Source: Bacteroidota bacterium
GTDB taxonomy: Bacteria > Bacteroidota > Ignavibacteria > Kryptoniales > JAKASW01
Direction of reading: 5' to 3'
Length of the DNA: 64,000 bases
Assembly (NCBI GenBank): GCA_023381615.1
Contig: JAMCQL010000014.1
Span: 16,569 to 80,568, forward strand
This document shows positions 1 through 10,578 of the stretch, in pieces. Under the pieces are notes generated by a model. It saw only the letters and a list, made by a program, of their open reading frames with translations, did no database searches and was not told the origin of the DNA. Position 1 is the stretch's first letter. Every line of letters starts with the position of its first letter. Made by a program: the position numbers and the translations under genes.

Positions 1-606
1 CCGGTCGGAATTATAAGCGGAAGGAAATTAGATGAGCTTAAAAAGTTTGTCGGAGTGAGAGGAGTTTTCTACTCTGGAAATCACGGAGTGGAAATCAAAG
101 GGCCGGGACTGAAATTTGTTGAACCAAATTCCGCAAAGTCGGTCGGATACATTACATCTCTTTCAAGACAAATCGAGCGTGTGCTGAGACCGTATGGAGC
201 ACTCATCGAGTCGAAAAAATACTCCGTGTCTGTTCACTACCGAACGGTTAAACCGCACCTTGTGCAAAAACTGTTGTTCGATCTCGATGCGCTCGTTCGC
301 CAGCCGCTCAAGGAAGGGAAGGTCAAGCTTCTGCGCGGGAAAAAAGTAGTGGAAGTAAAGGCGCCTGTTGATTGGAACAAGGGGAAAGCCTTAGAATTAA
401 TTTTGAGAAAAATTGGAAAGCGTGGAAAGCCGATCTTCTTTGGAGATGACTTGACGGACGAGTTCGGTTTCGAGAAAGTGAATGCGCTTGGTGGTATAAG
501 CGTGTTTGTGGGAAGACTGCGGCGAACGACCGCGGCAAAATATCGGATCGATTCGCCTGCCGCGTTGGTTGGAGAATTAGCGAAGTTCCTGTTCCTTTTG
601 AGTTGA
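1..606 (+). CDS. otsB: trehalose-6-phosphate phosphatase (OtsB-like HAD hydrolase), 5' end outside window
   Basis: The frame is open from nt 1 (PVGIISGRKLDELKKF...) into ORF 55..606. The GNHG...WNKG...FFGDDLTDE pattern is typical of trehalose phosphatases. Confidence 0.75.
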   Translation, partial: PVGIISGRKLDELKKFVGVRGVFYSGNHGVEIKGPGLKFVEPNSAKSVGYITSLSRQIERVLRPYGALIESKKYSVSVHYRTVKPHLVQKLLFDLDALVRQPLKEGKVKLLRGKKVVEVKAPVDWNKGKALELILRKIGKRGKPIFFGDDLTDEFGFEKVNALGGISVFVGRLRRTTAAKYRIDSPAALVGELAKFLFLLS

Positions 607-708
607 GACAATCTCGATTGCAGAGTCCGAGAAGCAGGCTTCGGGAATGCCAAAACTTTTCCGTTCGAGCCTGACATAGGTTCTTGTATTTCGAAAGCTA
701 CCCATACG

Positions 709-1020
709 TCAAAAGGTTGACTCGTCCGCACAGCCGTGTCCGTGAATAAAAAGGTTACAGCGATTGCGATTTAACAGATGTTCCCGACCAAGTCTCGACT
801 GTTCGGGCGCGAGTGCGATATTGAGCTGCGGTAACTGTTTCATATCTTCCAATTTGGCAGATGTAATCACGTGAGTTAGAACGAAAGGTCGTGCACCTTT
901 TGTTATAGGAGTTTTTAAGTGGTAAGTGGACCCACTTTTAATATCAGCATCGTTCCAGACCTTTGAAAGGATTGGAATCTTGCTAATATATTGGGAAAAA
1001 CTCACGGCTGCTGAGAACAT
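709..1020 (-). CDS. hypothetical protein, possibly the 3' remnant of a gene truncated by MITE/IS insertion
   Basis: This is only the part of ORF 709..1527 that lies outside the MITE (first Met at 1020). No family recognised. Confidence 0.2.
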   Translation of the reverse strand: MFSAAVSFSQYISKIPILSKVWNDADIKSGSTYHLKTPITKGARPFVLTHVITSAKLEDMKQLPQLNIALAPEQSRLGREHLLNRNRCNLFIHGHGCADESTF

Positions 1021-1042
1021 TCCTCTTACTGTATCGAGGGTT

Positions 1043-1238
1043 ACGACGAGTTTACCCAAAATGCCATGAGATTTGAGAATTTGGTCTTGACCTCCCCTTA
1101 GTCCCCTCCTTGACAAGGAGGGGATAAAGGGGTGGTTGATTCGTGATGATCTTAGTAGGCTTATCTTACAACTTGAGTTAGATCCTATGTCGATTTCCAC
1201 GAGGTCCTGTCGATCGTAATCAAAATGGGTAAACTCGT
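1043..1238. mobile_element. 196-bp MITE, copy 1
   Basis: Identical by eye to 43761..43956. The termini ACGACGAGTTTACCCA... and ...TGGGTAAACTCGT form 13-15 bp inverted repeats. A perfect 8-bp direct repeat CGAGGGTT flanks it directly (1035..1042 and 1239..1246). It has a central hairpin CCCCTCCTTGACAAGGAGGGG and no coding capacity. Confidence 0.8.
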
Positions 1239-1244
1239 CGAGGG

Positions 1245-2790
1245 TTCCTGAGTTTCCCACGTTGTTGAGGGAATGTTGAAAAGCCTTGAAATGGAGGTAA
1301 ATTTTGGGTAAACCAGGATGTGAAACCGCACTACGAGAGAATACGGAAAGTGAAGACGGCTTCTGGAAGTACAGCCGTACAGGTAGGATGGTACGTTGGG
1401 AAACGGTTTCATGTGACAAAGCATATTGGTTCAGCTCGCGAGACAGAGAAGGTCGTGGAATTAGTGAGGATGGGGGAAGAATATATTCGTTCGCATTCTC
1501 GGCAAGTAGAACTGAACTTCGACCCACATTCGGAAGAAATCTTATTTAAAAGAGGGATTACTGTTGCCAAGAGCACGCTTTCGGAAGCATACTCTTATCT
1601 GGGTGAGGTATATGAGAAGATCGGCTTTAGGCAACTGAGAAGCGCTGTCCTCAAAGATTTCGCCATTGTTCGAGTATTGGAGCCATCTTCTAAAGCAAGG
1701 TCAGTCTTGCTATTGAAGAAATATTTTGACATCGACTATAAAAAGACAACAGTCTTTAGGCATCTTGATGAATTGGTGGATCTGAAGGATGAAGCAGTCC
1801 GGGTCGCCATAGAATATGCGAGGGAGCATTTGCAATTTGATTTCACCCTTATCTTTTATGATGTCACGACGTTGTACTTTGAGAGTTTTAGCGAAGACGA
1901 GTTAAGACGGAATGGGTTTTCCAAGGACAATAAAATCAATCAGCCGCAAATTCTCATCGGCTTGGTTGTCGATAGAACGGGGTTCCCCATTTACTACGAC
2001 ATGTTCGCCGGGAATACGTTTGAAGGAAAAACAATTATTCCGGTCATCATGGCTCTGAAAGAGCGGTACCAGATAGAGAAGTGTACCATCGTTGCCGATG
2101 CTGGGATGCTTTCTGAAAAGAATTTGGAAGAGCTTCAGAAGAACCGCCTTGATTACATAGTTGGTGCGCGGATAGGCAACATGAACCCTGAGGAGGCGAG
2201 GCGCATTGCAAATCAACTTGAGAAGACAGATAAGAGGATCATTAAATCTGACACTGTACTCTATGAATATTCCGCGGCGAGAGCAAAGAAAGACAAAGCA
2301 GATAATGATAAAGCGATTGCGAAAGCAGAGTACTACCTGAAGCACCCTTCGAGGGTGTTGAAGCGATCTAAGTTTTTAGCAAGCAGCGGAGAGAGGGACT
2401 TTGCTCTTGATGAGAAACTTATCGAGAAACACAGGTTGCTCGAAGGAATAAAGGGATACAGAACCAACATTACCGACGTGCCACCGGATGTTTTGATTGC
2501 TCGCTACAGAGATCTGTGGAAAATCGAGCAATCATTCAGAATAGCAAAATCTGATCTGGGAGAACGACCAATCTACCACCGTATGGAGAGACCGATTAAA
2601 TATCATCTCCTGATTGTCTTTGTCGCACTTTGCATGACACGCGTCATCGAGAAAGAAAAAGGAACATCCATTAACCATATCGTAAGCGAACTCAAGGACA
2701 AATGGACAATTACTCTAAATGATGAAATATCAGGCAATTCCCTTAACATCACCCTCGATAAAAAACCGCACTAAATGGGAAACTCGGGAA
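1245..2790 (+). mobile_element. insertion sequence, IS4 superfamily (IS1634-like), about 1.55 kb
   Basis: Terminal inverted repeats TTCCTGAGTTTCCCA (1245..1259) and TGGGAAACTCGGGAA (2776..2790) are 14/15 complementary. They enclose a single transposase ORF. I found no clear target duplication. Confidence 0.8.
1320..2774 (+). CDS. DDE transposase, IS4/IS1634 group
   Basis: 484 aa with a GTG start. The C-terminal signature YRDLWKIEQSFRIAK (Y-x3-W-x-I-E-x2-F-x3-K) and DAGM... acidic motifs match IS4-superfamily transposases. Confidence 0.85.
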   Translation: MKPHYERIRKVKTASGSTAVQVGWYVGKRFHVTKHIGSARETEKVVELVRMGEEYIRSHSRQVELNFDPHSEEILFKRGITVAKSTLSEAYSYLGEVYEKIGFRQLRSAVLKDFAIVRVLEPSSKARSVLLLKKYFDIDYKKTTVFRHLDELVDLKDEAVRVAIEYAREHLQFDFTLIFYDVTTLYFESFSEDELRRNGFSKDNKINQPQILIGLVVDRTGFPIYYDMFAGNTFEGKTIIPVIMALKERYQIEKCTIVADAGMLSEKNLEELQKNRLDYIVGARIGNMNPEEARRIANQLEKTDKRIIKSDTVLYEYSAARAKKDKADNDKAIAKAEYYLKHPSRVLKRSKFLASSGERDFALDEKLIEKHRLLEGIKGYRTNITDVPPDVLIARYRDLWKIEQSFRIAKSDLGERPIYHRMERPIKYHLLIVFVALCMTRVIEKEKGTSINHIVSELKDKWTITLNDEISGNSLNITLDKKPH

Positions 2791-2880
2791 AGAACATTAC
2801 TCAAAGAAAAATCTGAAAGCAAACTACAACATTGCAAAGAAAGGAATATAATTATGACTGGTTCAAAGAACATTAATCAA

Positions 2881-2959
2881 ATGCCGCCTTTGCCGCCTTC
2901 GGCATGCCGTAAGCGGCAGCGGCATCCCGCACTCCAAATTCAATAATGTTGAGCGGGAG
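2881..2959 (-). repeat. hairpin repeat family TCCCGCTCA..ATTATT..TGCGGGATGCCGC, reverse-orientation copy
   Basis: The reverse complement reads CTCCCGCTCAACATTATTGAATTTGGAGTGCGGGATGCCGC...GGCAT. Related copies lie at 40358..40406 and 41800..41876. Confidence 0.6.
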
Positions 2960-2994
2960 AAAAATCTGAAAGCATTGATAGGGATTTAGCAATT

Positions 2995-3027
2995 AAAAAG
3001 TCCCCCGATAAAATCGGGGGACTTTTT
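2995..3027 (-). terminator. symmetric (bidirectional) Rho-independent terminator downstream of groEL
   Basis: AAAAAGTCCCCCGAT-AAA-ATCGGGGGACTTTTT forms a 15-bp perfect stem with A/T runs on both sides, 31 nt after the groEL stop. Confidence 0.8.
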
Positions 3028-3057
3028 CGTATACACGGATTTATTTGTCTGACTGAA

Positions 3058-4698
<1,641 letters not shown>

Positions 4699-4702
4699 TC
4701 AT

Positions 4703-4987
4703 TTAGATAATTGCAAAGATGTCGCTTTCGCGCATGATGAGGTACTCTTCACCGTCGTAGTTAACTTCGGTGCCCGAATACTTTCCGTATAAAATTTTGT
4801 CTCCGACCTTCACATCGATCGGAATCTTCTTTCCATCGTCCGTGACTCTTCCGGGTCCAACGGCGACAATTTCGCCTTGCTGCGGACGTTCCTTTGCCGT
4901 GTCCGGAACGAAAAGTCCGCCTTTGGTTTTGTCGTCTGCCGGCAACGGCTTGACAACAACACGATCTGCCAACGGCTTAATCTTCAT
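4703..4987 (-). CDS. groS: co-chaperonin GroES (Cpn10)
   Basis: 94 aa, [14 protein letters not shown]...[14 protein letters not shown], located 19 nt upstream of groEL. Confidence 0.97.
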   Translation of the reverse strand: MKIKPLADRVVVKPLPADDKTKGGLFVPDTAKERPQQGEIVAVGPGRVTDDGKKIPIDVKVGDKILYGKYSGTEVNYDGEEYLIMRESDIFAII

Positions 4988-5036
4988 TTGTTAATCCTCC
5001 TTTTTATTTAATACTCATTAAGGATTTGATTCTCTT

Positions 5037-5063
5037 TTAGCACTTAGTCTGTGCGATTGCTAA
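5037..5063 (-). promoter_or_regulatory. CIRCE (HrcA operator) upstream of groES
   Basis: TTAGCACTT-N9-GATTGCTAA against consensus TTAGCACTC-N9-GAGTGCTAA, 50 nt upstream of the groES start. Confidence 0.7.
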
Positions 5064-5087
5064 TTTAGTTTCGGGGACTCTAAAAAT

Positions 5088-5114
5088 CAAGCACTCTCTA
5101 ACCAAGAGTGCCAA
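5088..5114 (-). promoter_or_regulatory. second, more degenerate CIRCE-like inverted repeat
   Basis: CAAGCACTC-N9-GAGTGCCAA. The core AGCACTC/GAGTGC arms are perfect and the outer positions diverge. Confidence 0.5.
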
Positions 5115-5400
5115 CAGTCCATCGAGAATTGTAGGGAACCTGCCTTCGTTCACTGATTTCTTCGCAAATATCACGGAAAGTTGCCTCTTTGCTTTGCGGA
5201 AAAATGACCTGAGGGCCTAAACTTGCACTTTCAGATAGCAGATTTTTCCTGATTAACTTCGGCACGTCCGTTGCCCTTAATTCATTGCCCGGATGCCAAA
5301 AGCATCCGACCTGCAGCGAAGTTTCTACCGAAAAACTCAGAAAACTTCGGATGCTTGGAATTTTGAAGACCAACAAGATTTGAAGAAAAGGAGAAGTCCG

Positions 5401-5655
5401 ATGCGAGATCAACCGAATGTGAGTCAAATCGCTGAAGTGCGATTCTACGTCACGGAAGACTGCAACGGATGCGGCGTGTGTAAGAGCATGGCTCCTGACT
5501 TCTTCGATTTTTCAGAATACGCCTACTACTATTTCCTCGTCCGCCAGCCGCAGAACGAATTAGAAATCAGTCTTTTGCGAGATGTTGCGGCAGTCTGTAC
5601 CGTCGATGCGATTCGCGAAACACAGAGAACAAATACTCATATAGAAGAAGGATGA
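5401..5655 (+). CDS. small ferredoxin (single 4Fe-4S-type Cys motif)
   Basis: Contains the CNGCGVCKSMAP motif. I chose the ATG at 5401, which follows AAAAGGAGAAG, rather than the upstream ORF start at 5293. Confidence 0.55.
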   Translation: MRDQPNVSQIAEVRFYVTEDCNGCGVCKSMAPDFFDFSEYAYYYFLVRQPQNELEISLLRDVAAVCTVDAIRETQRTNTHIEEG

Positions 5656-5664
5656 AAGGATCGA

Positions 5665-6540
5665 ATGATGTTTGAGATACTCAACAAGGAAGTACTCGCA
5701 CGTGGAATTACAAAATTCCTCATCAAGGCTCCCTTCGTTGCCCGAAAGCACAAAGCGGGGAACTTCGTGATTATCCGAGTGAACGACCATGGAGAACGAA
5801 TTCCACTTACGATTGTCGATTCTGATGCGAAGAATGGCACCATTACTATTATTGCCCAGACTATTGGCAAGACCACGAAACTTCTGAGCATGCAAAATGC
5901 GGGCGGGTTTCTTCTTGATGTCGCGGGACCGTTAGGCAATCCGACTCCGATCCATAATTACGGAACGGTAGTCTGCATAGGCGGCGGCGTGGGAACGGCG
6001 GAAGTTTATCCGATCGCAAAAGCGTTGAAGAACGCGGGAAACAAACTGATAACGATTGTCGGCGCGAGGTCAAAAGACCTTGTCATACTTGAAAATGAGT
6101 TGAGAGAAATTTCCGATGAATTTTTTGTAACCACAGACGACGGCTCCTACGGGATGAAAGGGCTTGTCACCAATGCACTCGACCAATATCTGAAAAAGGA
6201 TCCGAGCGTGAAGTCGGTTTATGCAATCGGTCCTATTATAATGATGAAAGCTGTTTCGGATTTCACAAAGCCGATCGGAATTAAGACGTATGTGAGTTTG
6301 AATCCGATCATGATGGATGGAACAGGAATGTGCGGCGCATGCAGAGTCACAATAGGTTCGGAAACAAAGTTTGCTTGTGTGGACGGCCCGGAATTCGAGG
6401 GACATCTGGTTGACTTTGATGAGTTGATGACGCGAAACAGGAGCTACATGGATCTGGAAAAACTTTCTCTTGAGAATTTCGAAAAAGAAATTTCGGAGCA
6501 CGAATGCAAAGCAGTCGCGAAGGAGGCAGCCAATGCCTAA
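5665..6540 (+). CDS. FAD/NAD(P)-binding ferredoxin-NADP reductase-like subunit (NfnA/SudB/GltD-partner type)
   Basis: 291 aa. Has RIPLTIVD, GGGVGTAEVYPIAKAL and a C-terminal CGACRV [2Fe-2S]-type motif. It overlaps the downstream GltD-like gene. Confidence 0.75.
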   Translation: MMFEILNKEVLARGITKFLIKAPFVARKHKAGNFVIIRVNDHGERIPLTIVDSDAKNGTITIIAQTIGKTTKLLSMQNAGGFLLDVAGPLGNPTPIHNYGTVVCIGGGVGTAEVYPIAKALKNAGNKLITIVGARSKDLVILENELREISDEFFVTTDDGSYGMKGLVTNALDQYLKKDPSVKSVYAIGPIIMMKAVSDFTKPIGIKTYVSLNPIMMDGTGMCGACRVTIGSETKFACVDGPEFEGHLVDFDELMTRNRSYMDLEKLSLENFEKEISEHECKAVAKEAANA

Positions 6541-7987
6541 TACGCTGAAGCCATCGGAACGTTTAAAGATCCCGAGACAAAATCCATTGGAGCAGGACCC
6601 CGAAGTGCGGCGGCGCAACTTCGAAGAAGTGTCTCTGGGTTTTAACGAAGACCTCGTTTTGCAGGAAGCGCTTCGCTGCATAGATTGCAAAGAGCCGCTT
6701 TGCATAGAAGGATGTCCTGTCCGTATAGACATTCCGGCATTTATAAAACTGGTCGTTGATAAAGACTATTTGGGCGCAGCTCAAAAAATAAAAGAGAAAG
6801 ATTATCTCCCGGCTATCACCGGCAGAGTTTGTCCTCAAGAGAGTCAGTGCGAAGCAGTTTGTCCAATTGGCAAGAAGCATTTGCCGGTTGCTATCGGGAA
6901 GATCGAACGCTTCGTTGCTGATTACGAGCGATTGCACAACATGTTTAATGGATCCGTGGTCGAGCAGAAGCGTAAAGAAAGAGTCGCGATTGTCGGCTCG
7001 GGACCTTCGGGCTTGACGTGCGCTGCTGAACTCGCAAAACTCGGTTACAACGTCACCATTTTTGAAGCGCTCCATGCTGCCGGCGGAGTGCTGCGGTACG
7101 GGATTCCGGAATTCCGATTGCCCAAGTCGATTCTCGATGCTGAAATAGAAAACGTCAAGAAATTAGGTGTCGAACTTGTTCCGAACTTCATCATTGGCAG
7201 GACTGCAACTGTCGATGAGTTGATGGATGAACTTGGGTTTGAAGCTGTCTTTCTTGGAACAGGAGCAGGGACACCGACCTTCCTGAACATTCCCGGCGAG
7301 AATTTCCCCGGTGTTTATTCGGCAAGCGAGTTTCTGACAAGGGTAAATTTCATGAAGGGATACAGGTTCCCTGAATATGACACGCCGGTGAAACTTGGAC
7401 GAAGGGTAGCTGTCGTAGGCGGCGGCGATACAGCAATGGATGCCGTTCGCACCGCAATGCGGCTTGGCCCGGACAAGGCGTATCTCATTTACCGAAGAAG
7501 CAAAGAAGAGATGCCCGCCCGTGACGAAGAGGTGCATCATGCAGAACAAGAAGGAATTGAGTTCCATGTGCTGACGAATCCTGTTCGCATAATTGCCGGA
7601 GAAAATAAATGGGTTAAAGCTATCGAATGTGTGAAGATGGAGCTTGGCGAACCCGATGCCGACGGCCGCAGGAGACCTATTCCGATTTCAAACTCGAATT
7701 TTATCATGGATGTCGACACGGTCATAATTGCGGTTGGCCAACGCCCGAATCCTATCTTGCAGGCGACGACACCCGGTTTAAATATGTCGAAACGTGGGAC
7801 CGTCGTTGTCGACGGGAACGGTCAGACAAGCCGCGAAGGAGTTTTTGCCGGCGGCGACCTCTCGCGAGGCGGCGCAACAGTGATCCTGGCGATGGAAGAT
7901 GGCCAGCGGTCGGCCGCTGCCATACATGATTATTTGAAAGTCAAAGGTCAAAAGGCAAAAGCCAAAGAGCAGAGCATTCCAATTTGA
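6533..7987 (+). CDS. glutamate synthase small-subunit-like NADPH oxidoreductase (NfnB/GltD family)
   Basis: Has Cys clusters CIDCKEPLCIEGCP and CPQESQCEAVCP, then VAIVGSGPSGLTCA and VAVVGGGDTAMD dinucleotide folds. The ATG at 6533 follows AAGGAGG. Confidence 0.8.
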   Translation: MPNTLKPSERLKIPRQNPLEQDPEVRRRNFEEVSLGFNEDLVLQEALRCIDCKEPLCIEGCPVRIDIPAFIKLVVDKDYLGAAQKIKEKDYLPAITGRVCPQESQCEAVCPIGKKHLPVAIGKIERFVADYERLHNMFNGSVVEQKRKERVAIVGSGPSGLTCAAELAKLGYNVTIFEALHAAGGVLRYGIPEFRLPKSILDAEIENVKKLGVELVPNFIIGRTATVDELMDELGFEAVFLGTGAGTPTFLNIPGENFPGVYSASEFLTRVNFMKGYRFPEYDTPVKLGRRVAVVGGGDTAMDAVRTAMRLGPDKAYLIYRRSKEEMPARDEEVHHAEQEGIEFHVLTNPVRIIAGENKWVKAIECVKMELGEPDADGRRRPIPISNSNFIMDVDTVIIAVGQRPNPILQATTPGLNMSKRGTVVVDGNGQTSREGVFAGGDLSRGGATVILAMEDGQRSAAAIHDYLKVKGQKAKAKEQSIPI

Positions 7988-8010
7988 ATTTTGACTTTTG
8001 AGGTTGAAAT

Positions 8011-9129
8011 ATGAACATTGGCATTCCCAACGAGTTATTGAAACATGAGAACCGCGTTTCGCTTACTCCCGCGGCAGTCGCTGCTTTGACGCAGCTTGGA
8101 CACACGATCTTTGTCGAGTCGCAAGCGGGGAAGTCGAGCCGGTTCGGCGACGAGGTCTATCGCAATGCCGGTGCCACGGTCGTTTATTCGAAGGACGAAG
8201 TCTTCCGGCGGTGCGAACTTATCTGTGGAGTCGAGCCTCCAACAATGGACGAAATCGGAATGATGGAGTCGGGGCAAACGACTTTCAGTTTTCTGAATCT
8301 TCCAGTGGCGCGTCCGCAGTTTATCGAAGCGATTATTCGGAAAAAAATAAATACGGTTGGTTACGAGCTGATCGAAAGCGACGATGGTGATCGTCCGGTT
8401 TTCCACTCGATGAGTGAGATAGCGGGACAGCTCTCAGTTTTCATCGCCGCACGTTATTTGGAAACAGGAGATCATGGACGCGGTATAATTCTCGGCGGTA
8501 TAGCGGGGGTCGCTCCTGCCGCGGTGGTAATCATTGGTGCAGGTGTTGTCGGGACGGAGGCTGCGCGGACAGCAGCTGGACTTGGTGCACAGGTGATTGT
8601 TCTCGATACAGACCTCCGGCGTTTGAGAAATGTCGATCGTTTGTTGTTGAAGCGAGTTTCCACGGCGCTTGCGACGCCGGTCAATATAAGAAAAAGCGTT
8701 ACTTATGCCGATGTTCTTGTCGGCGCAGTTTTTATAAGAGGAGAGCGCTCGCCAAATGTCGTAACCGAAGACATGGTGAAGTCGATGAAGCCCGGCGCGG
8801 TTATAATTGACATCTCGATCGATCAGGGAGGCTGCGTCGAAACAAGCCGTCCGACTACTCTACAAGACCCGGCCTATGTTCTCCACGACGTGATTCATTA
8901 TTGCGTTCCAAATATAACGGGAACGGTTGCGAGAACAGCTACGTACGCTCTGACGAACTCGATTCTCCCGTTCGTGATCGAGATCGCGCAGAAAGGAATC
9001 GTCCAAGCCTTGCGAGAAGACAAAGGTCTTGCAAAGGGCGTGTGCAGCTTCAATGGTTTCTGCACGCAAGAAATGGTCACTACAATTTTCGGTAAGAAAT
9101 TTTCATCAATCGAAAGCTTACTGAGTTAA
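8011..9129 (+). CDS. ald: alanine dehydrogenase
   Basis: 372 aa. Starts MNIGIPNELLKHENRVSLTPAAV and has the VIIGAGVVGTEAARTA NAD fold. Confidence 0.85.
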   Translation: MNIGIPNELLKHENRVSLTPAAVAALTQLGHTIFVESQAGKSSRFGDEVYRNAGATVVYSKDEVFRRCELICGVEPPTMDEIGMMESGQTTFSFLNLPVARPQFIEAIIRKKINTVGYELIESDDGDRPVFHSMSEIAGQLSVFIAARYLETGDHGRGIILGGIAGVAPAAVVIIGAGVVGTEAARTAAGLGAQVIVLDTDLRRLRNVDRLLLKRVSTALATPVNIRKSVTYADVLVGAVFIRGERSPNVVTEDMVKSMKPGAVIIDISIDQGGCVETSRPTTLQDPAYVLHDVIHYCVPNITGTVARTATYALTNSILPFVIEIAQKGIVQALREDKGLAKGVCSFNGFCTQEMVTTIFGKKFSSIESLLS

Positions 9130-10442
9130 TGGCTTGGATAGATACATATAAAAGCAAAATTGCATCTGCAGATGAAGCGGTAAGACTGATTCAGTCGGGA
9201 GACACCGTTTACATTCATCCCGGCTGCGCGGTGCCTGAAGTTCTCGTCGATGCAATGGTGGAACGCGCAAATGAACTTCACAATTGCGAAGTCCTTCATA
9301 TCCTTTCTCTTGGGAAAGCGATGTATGCTAGGCCGGAAATGGCGCCGCATTTTAGGCATACTGCGCTTTTCATCGGAAAGAACACACGTAATGCCGTCAA
9401 CGAAGGACGAGCGGATTTCGTGCCGGTTTTCCTTTCGGAGATACCTCAGCTTTTTTACTCTGGCGAGATGAAGATAGACGTGGCGCTGATTCACGTGTCT
9501 CCTCCGGATGAACACGGCTTCTGCAGCTTTGGAGTTGGAATAGAAACGACAAAAGCCGCAACCGAAGTTGCGCGCGTTGTGATAGCGCAAGTCAATCCGA
9601 ACATGCCGCGCACTTTGGGAGACAGCTTCATTCACGTCAGTAAGATTCACAAAGTCGTCGAGACTGACGTCCCGATCATGGAGCTTCCCCAGGTTGAGCC
9701 GGACACATCGGAGGAAGAACTCGAAGTTTACAAAAAGATCGGTCAGAATATCGCCGACCTGATAGAGAACGGTTCAACGCTTCAAATGGGCATAGGTAAA
9801 ATTCCGGATGCTGTCCTGATGTCGCTTGGAGGCAAGAAAGACCTCGGTATTCACTCCGAAATGTTTTCCGACGGCGTGATAAAACTTGTTGAGAGCGGCG
9901 TCATCACGAACGAAAAGAAGTCGCTGCACCCCGGAAAGATAGTCGCAAGCTTTGTGCTTGGAAGCAGGAAACTTTTCAATTTCATTCACAATAATCCGAT
10001 AGCGGAGTTCCATCCTTCGCAGTACGTCAACGATCCATTTATAATCAGTCAGAACAAAAAAATGGTCGCGATAAACTCCGCGCTCCAGATCGATCTGACG
10101 GGGCAGGTTTGCGCGGATTCCATCGGATATAATTTCTACAGCGGCTTTGGTGGTCAGGTTGACTTTATTCGCGGAGCCGCGAGATCGGAAGGAGGAAAAC
10201 CTATCATGGCGCTCCCTTCAACGGCGAGAGGCAGCACCGTCTCGAGAATCGCAGTTCATTTGGCTGAGGGCGCAGGAGTTACGACCTCCCGCGGAGATGT
10301 TCATTACGTCGCGACGGAATATGGCGTTGTGAATCTGCACGGCAAGAAAGTCAGCGAGAGGGTGAAATCGTTAATCAGTGTTGCGCATCCGAAATTTAGA
10401 GATGAGCTCACACATTTCGCAAAGCAAAGGTGCTGGATATGA
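9129..10442 (+). CDS. acetyl-CoA hydrolase/transferase family protein (4-hydroxybutyrate CoA-transferase-like)
   Basis: 437 aa. Has LQMGIGKIPDAV...SEMFSDG and GFGGQVDFIRGA motifs. Its start overlaps the ald stop. Confidence 0.8.
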   Translation: MAWIDTYKSKIASADEAVRLIQSGDTVYIHPGCAVPEVLVDAMVERANELHNCEVLHILSLGKAMYARPEMAPHFRHTALFIGKNTRNAVNEGRADFVPVFLSEIPQLFYSGEMKIDVALIHVSPPDEHGFCSFGVGIETTKAATEVARVVIAQVNPNMPRTLGDSFIHVSKIHKVVETDVPIMELPQVEPDTSEEELEVYKKIGQNIADLIENGSTLQMGIGKIPDAVLMSLGGKKDLGIHSEMFSDGVIKLVESGVITNEKKSLHPGKIVASFVLGSRKLFNFIHNNPIAEFHPSQYVNDPFIISQNKKMVAINSALQIDLTGQVCADSIGYNFYSGFGGQVDFIRGAARSEGGKPIMALPSTARGSTVSRIAVHLAEGAGVTTSRGDVHYVATEYGVVNLHGKKVSERVKSLISVAHPKFRDELTHFAKQRCWI

Positions 10443-10578
10443 AATCTTCAGAACCACAAGTAGAGTTCTGTGAACATCGAACAAGTAACTTCAGTTTTTC
10501 TTTTTGGAGTAAAGGCTCAAAAATTTTTTGCCTAAAACCTACTCCTGTTGGTGTAGATTTTATAAATAGGAGGTTGCG

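Noticed and set aside
709-1527. 272-aa minus-strand ORF that shares a 60-aa identical stretch with ORF 43748..43990
   Set aside because: The shared stretch is simply the translated 196-bp MITE. The ORF reads through the MITE and into the IS end and transposase start, so it is a chimera and not a gene. Only 709..1020 might be real.
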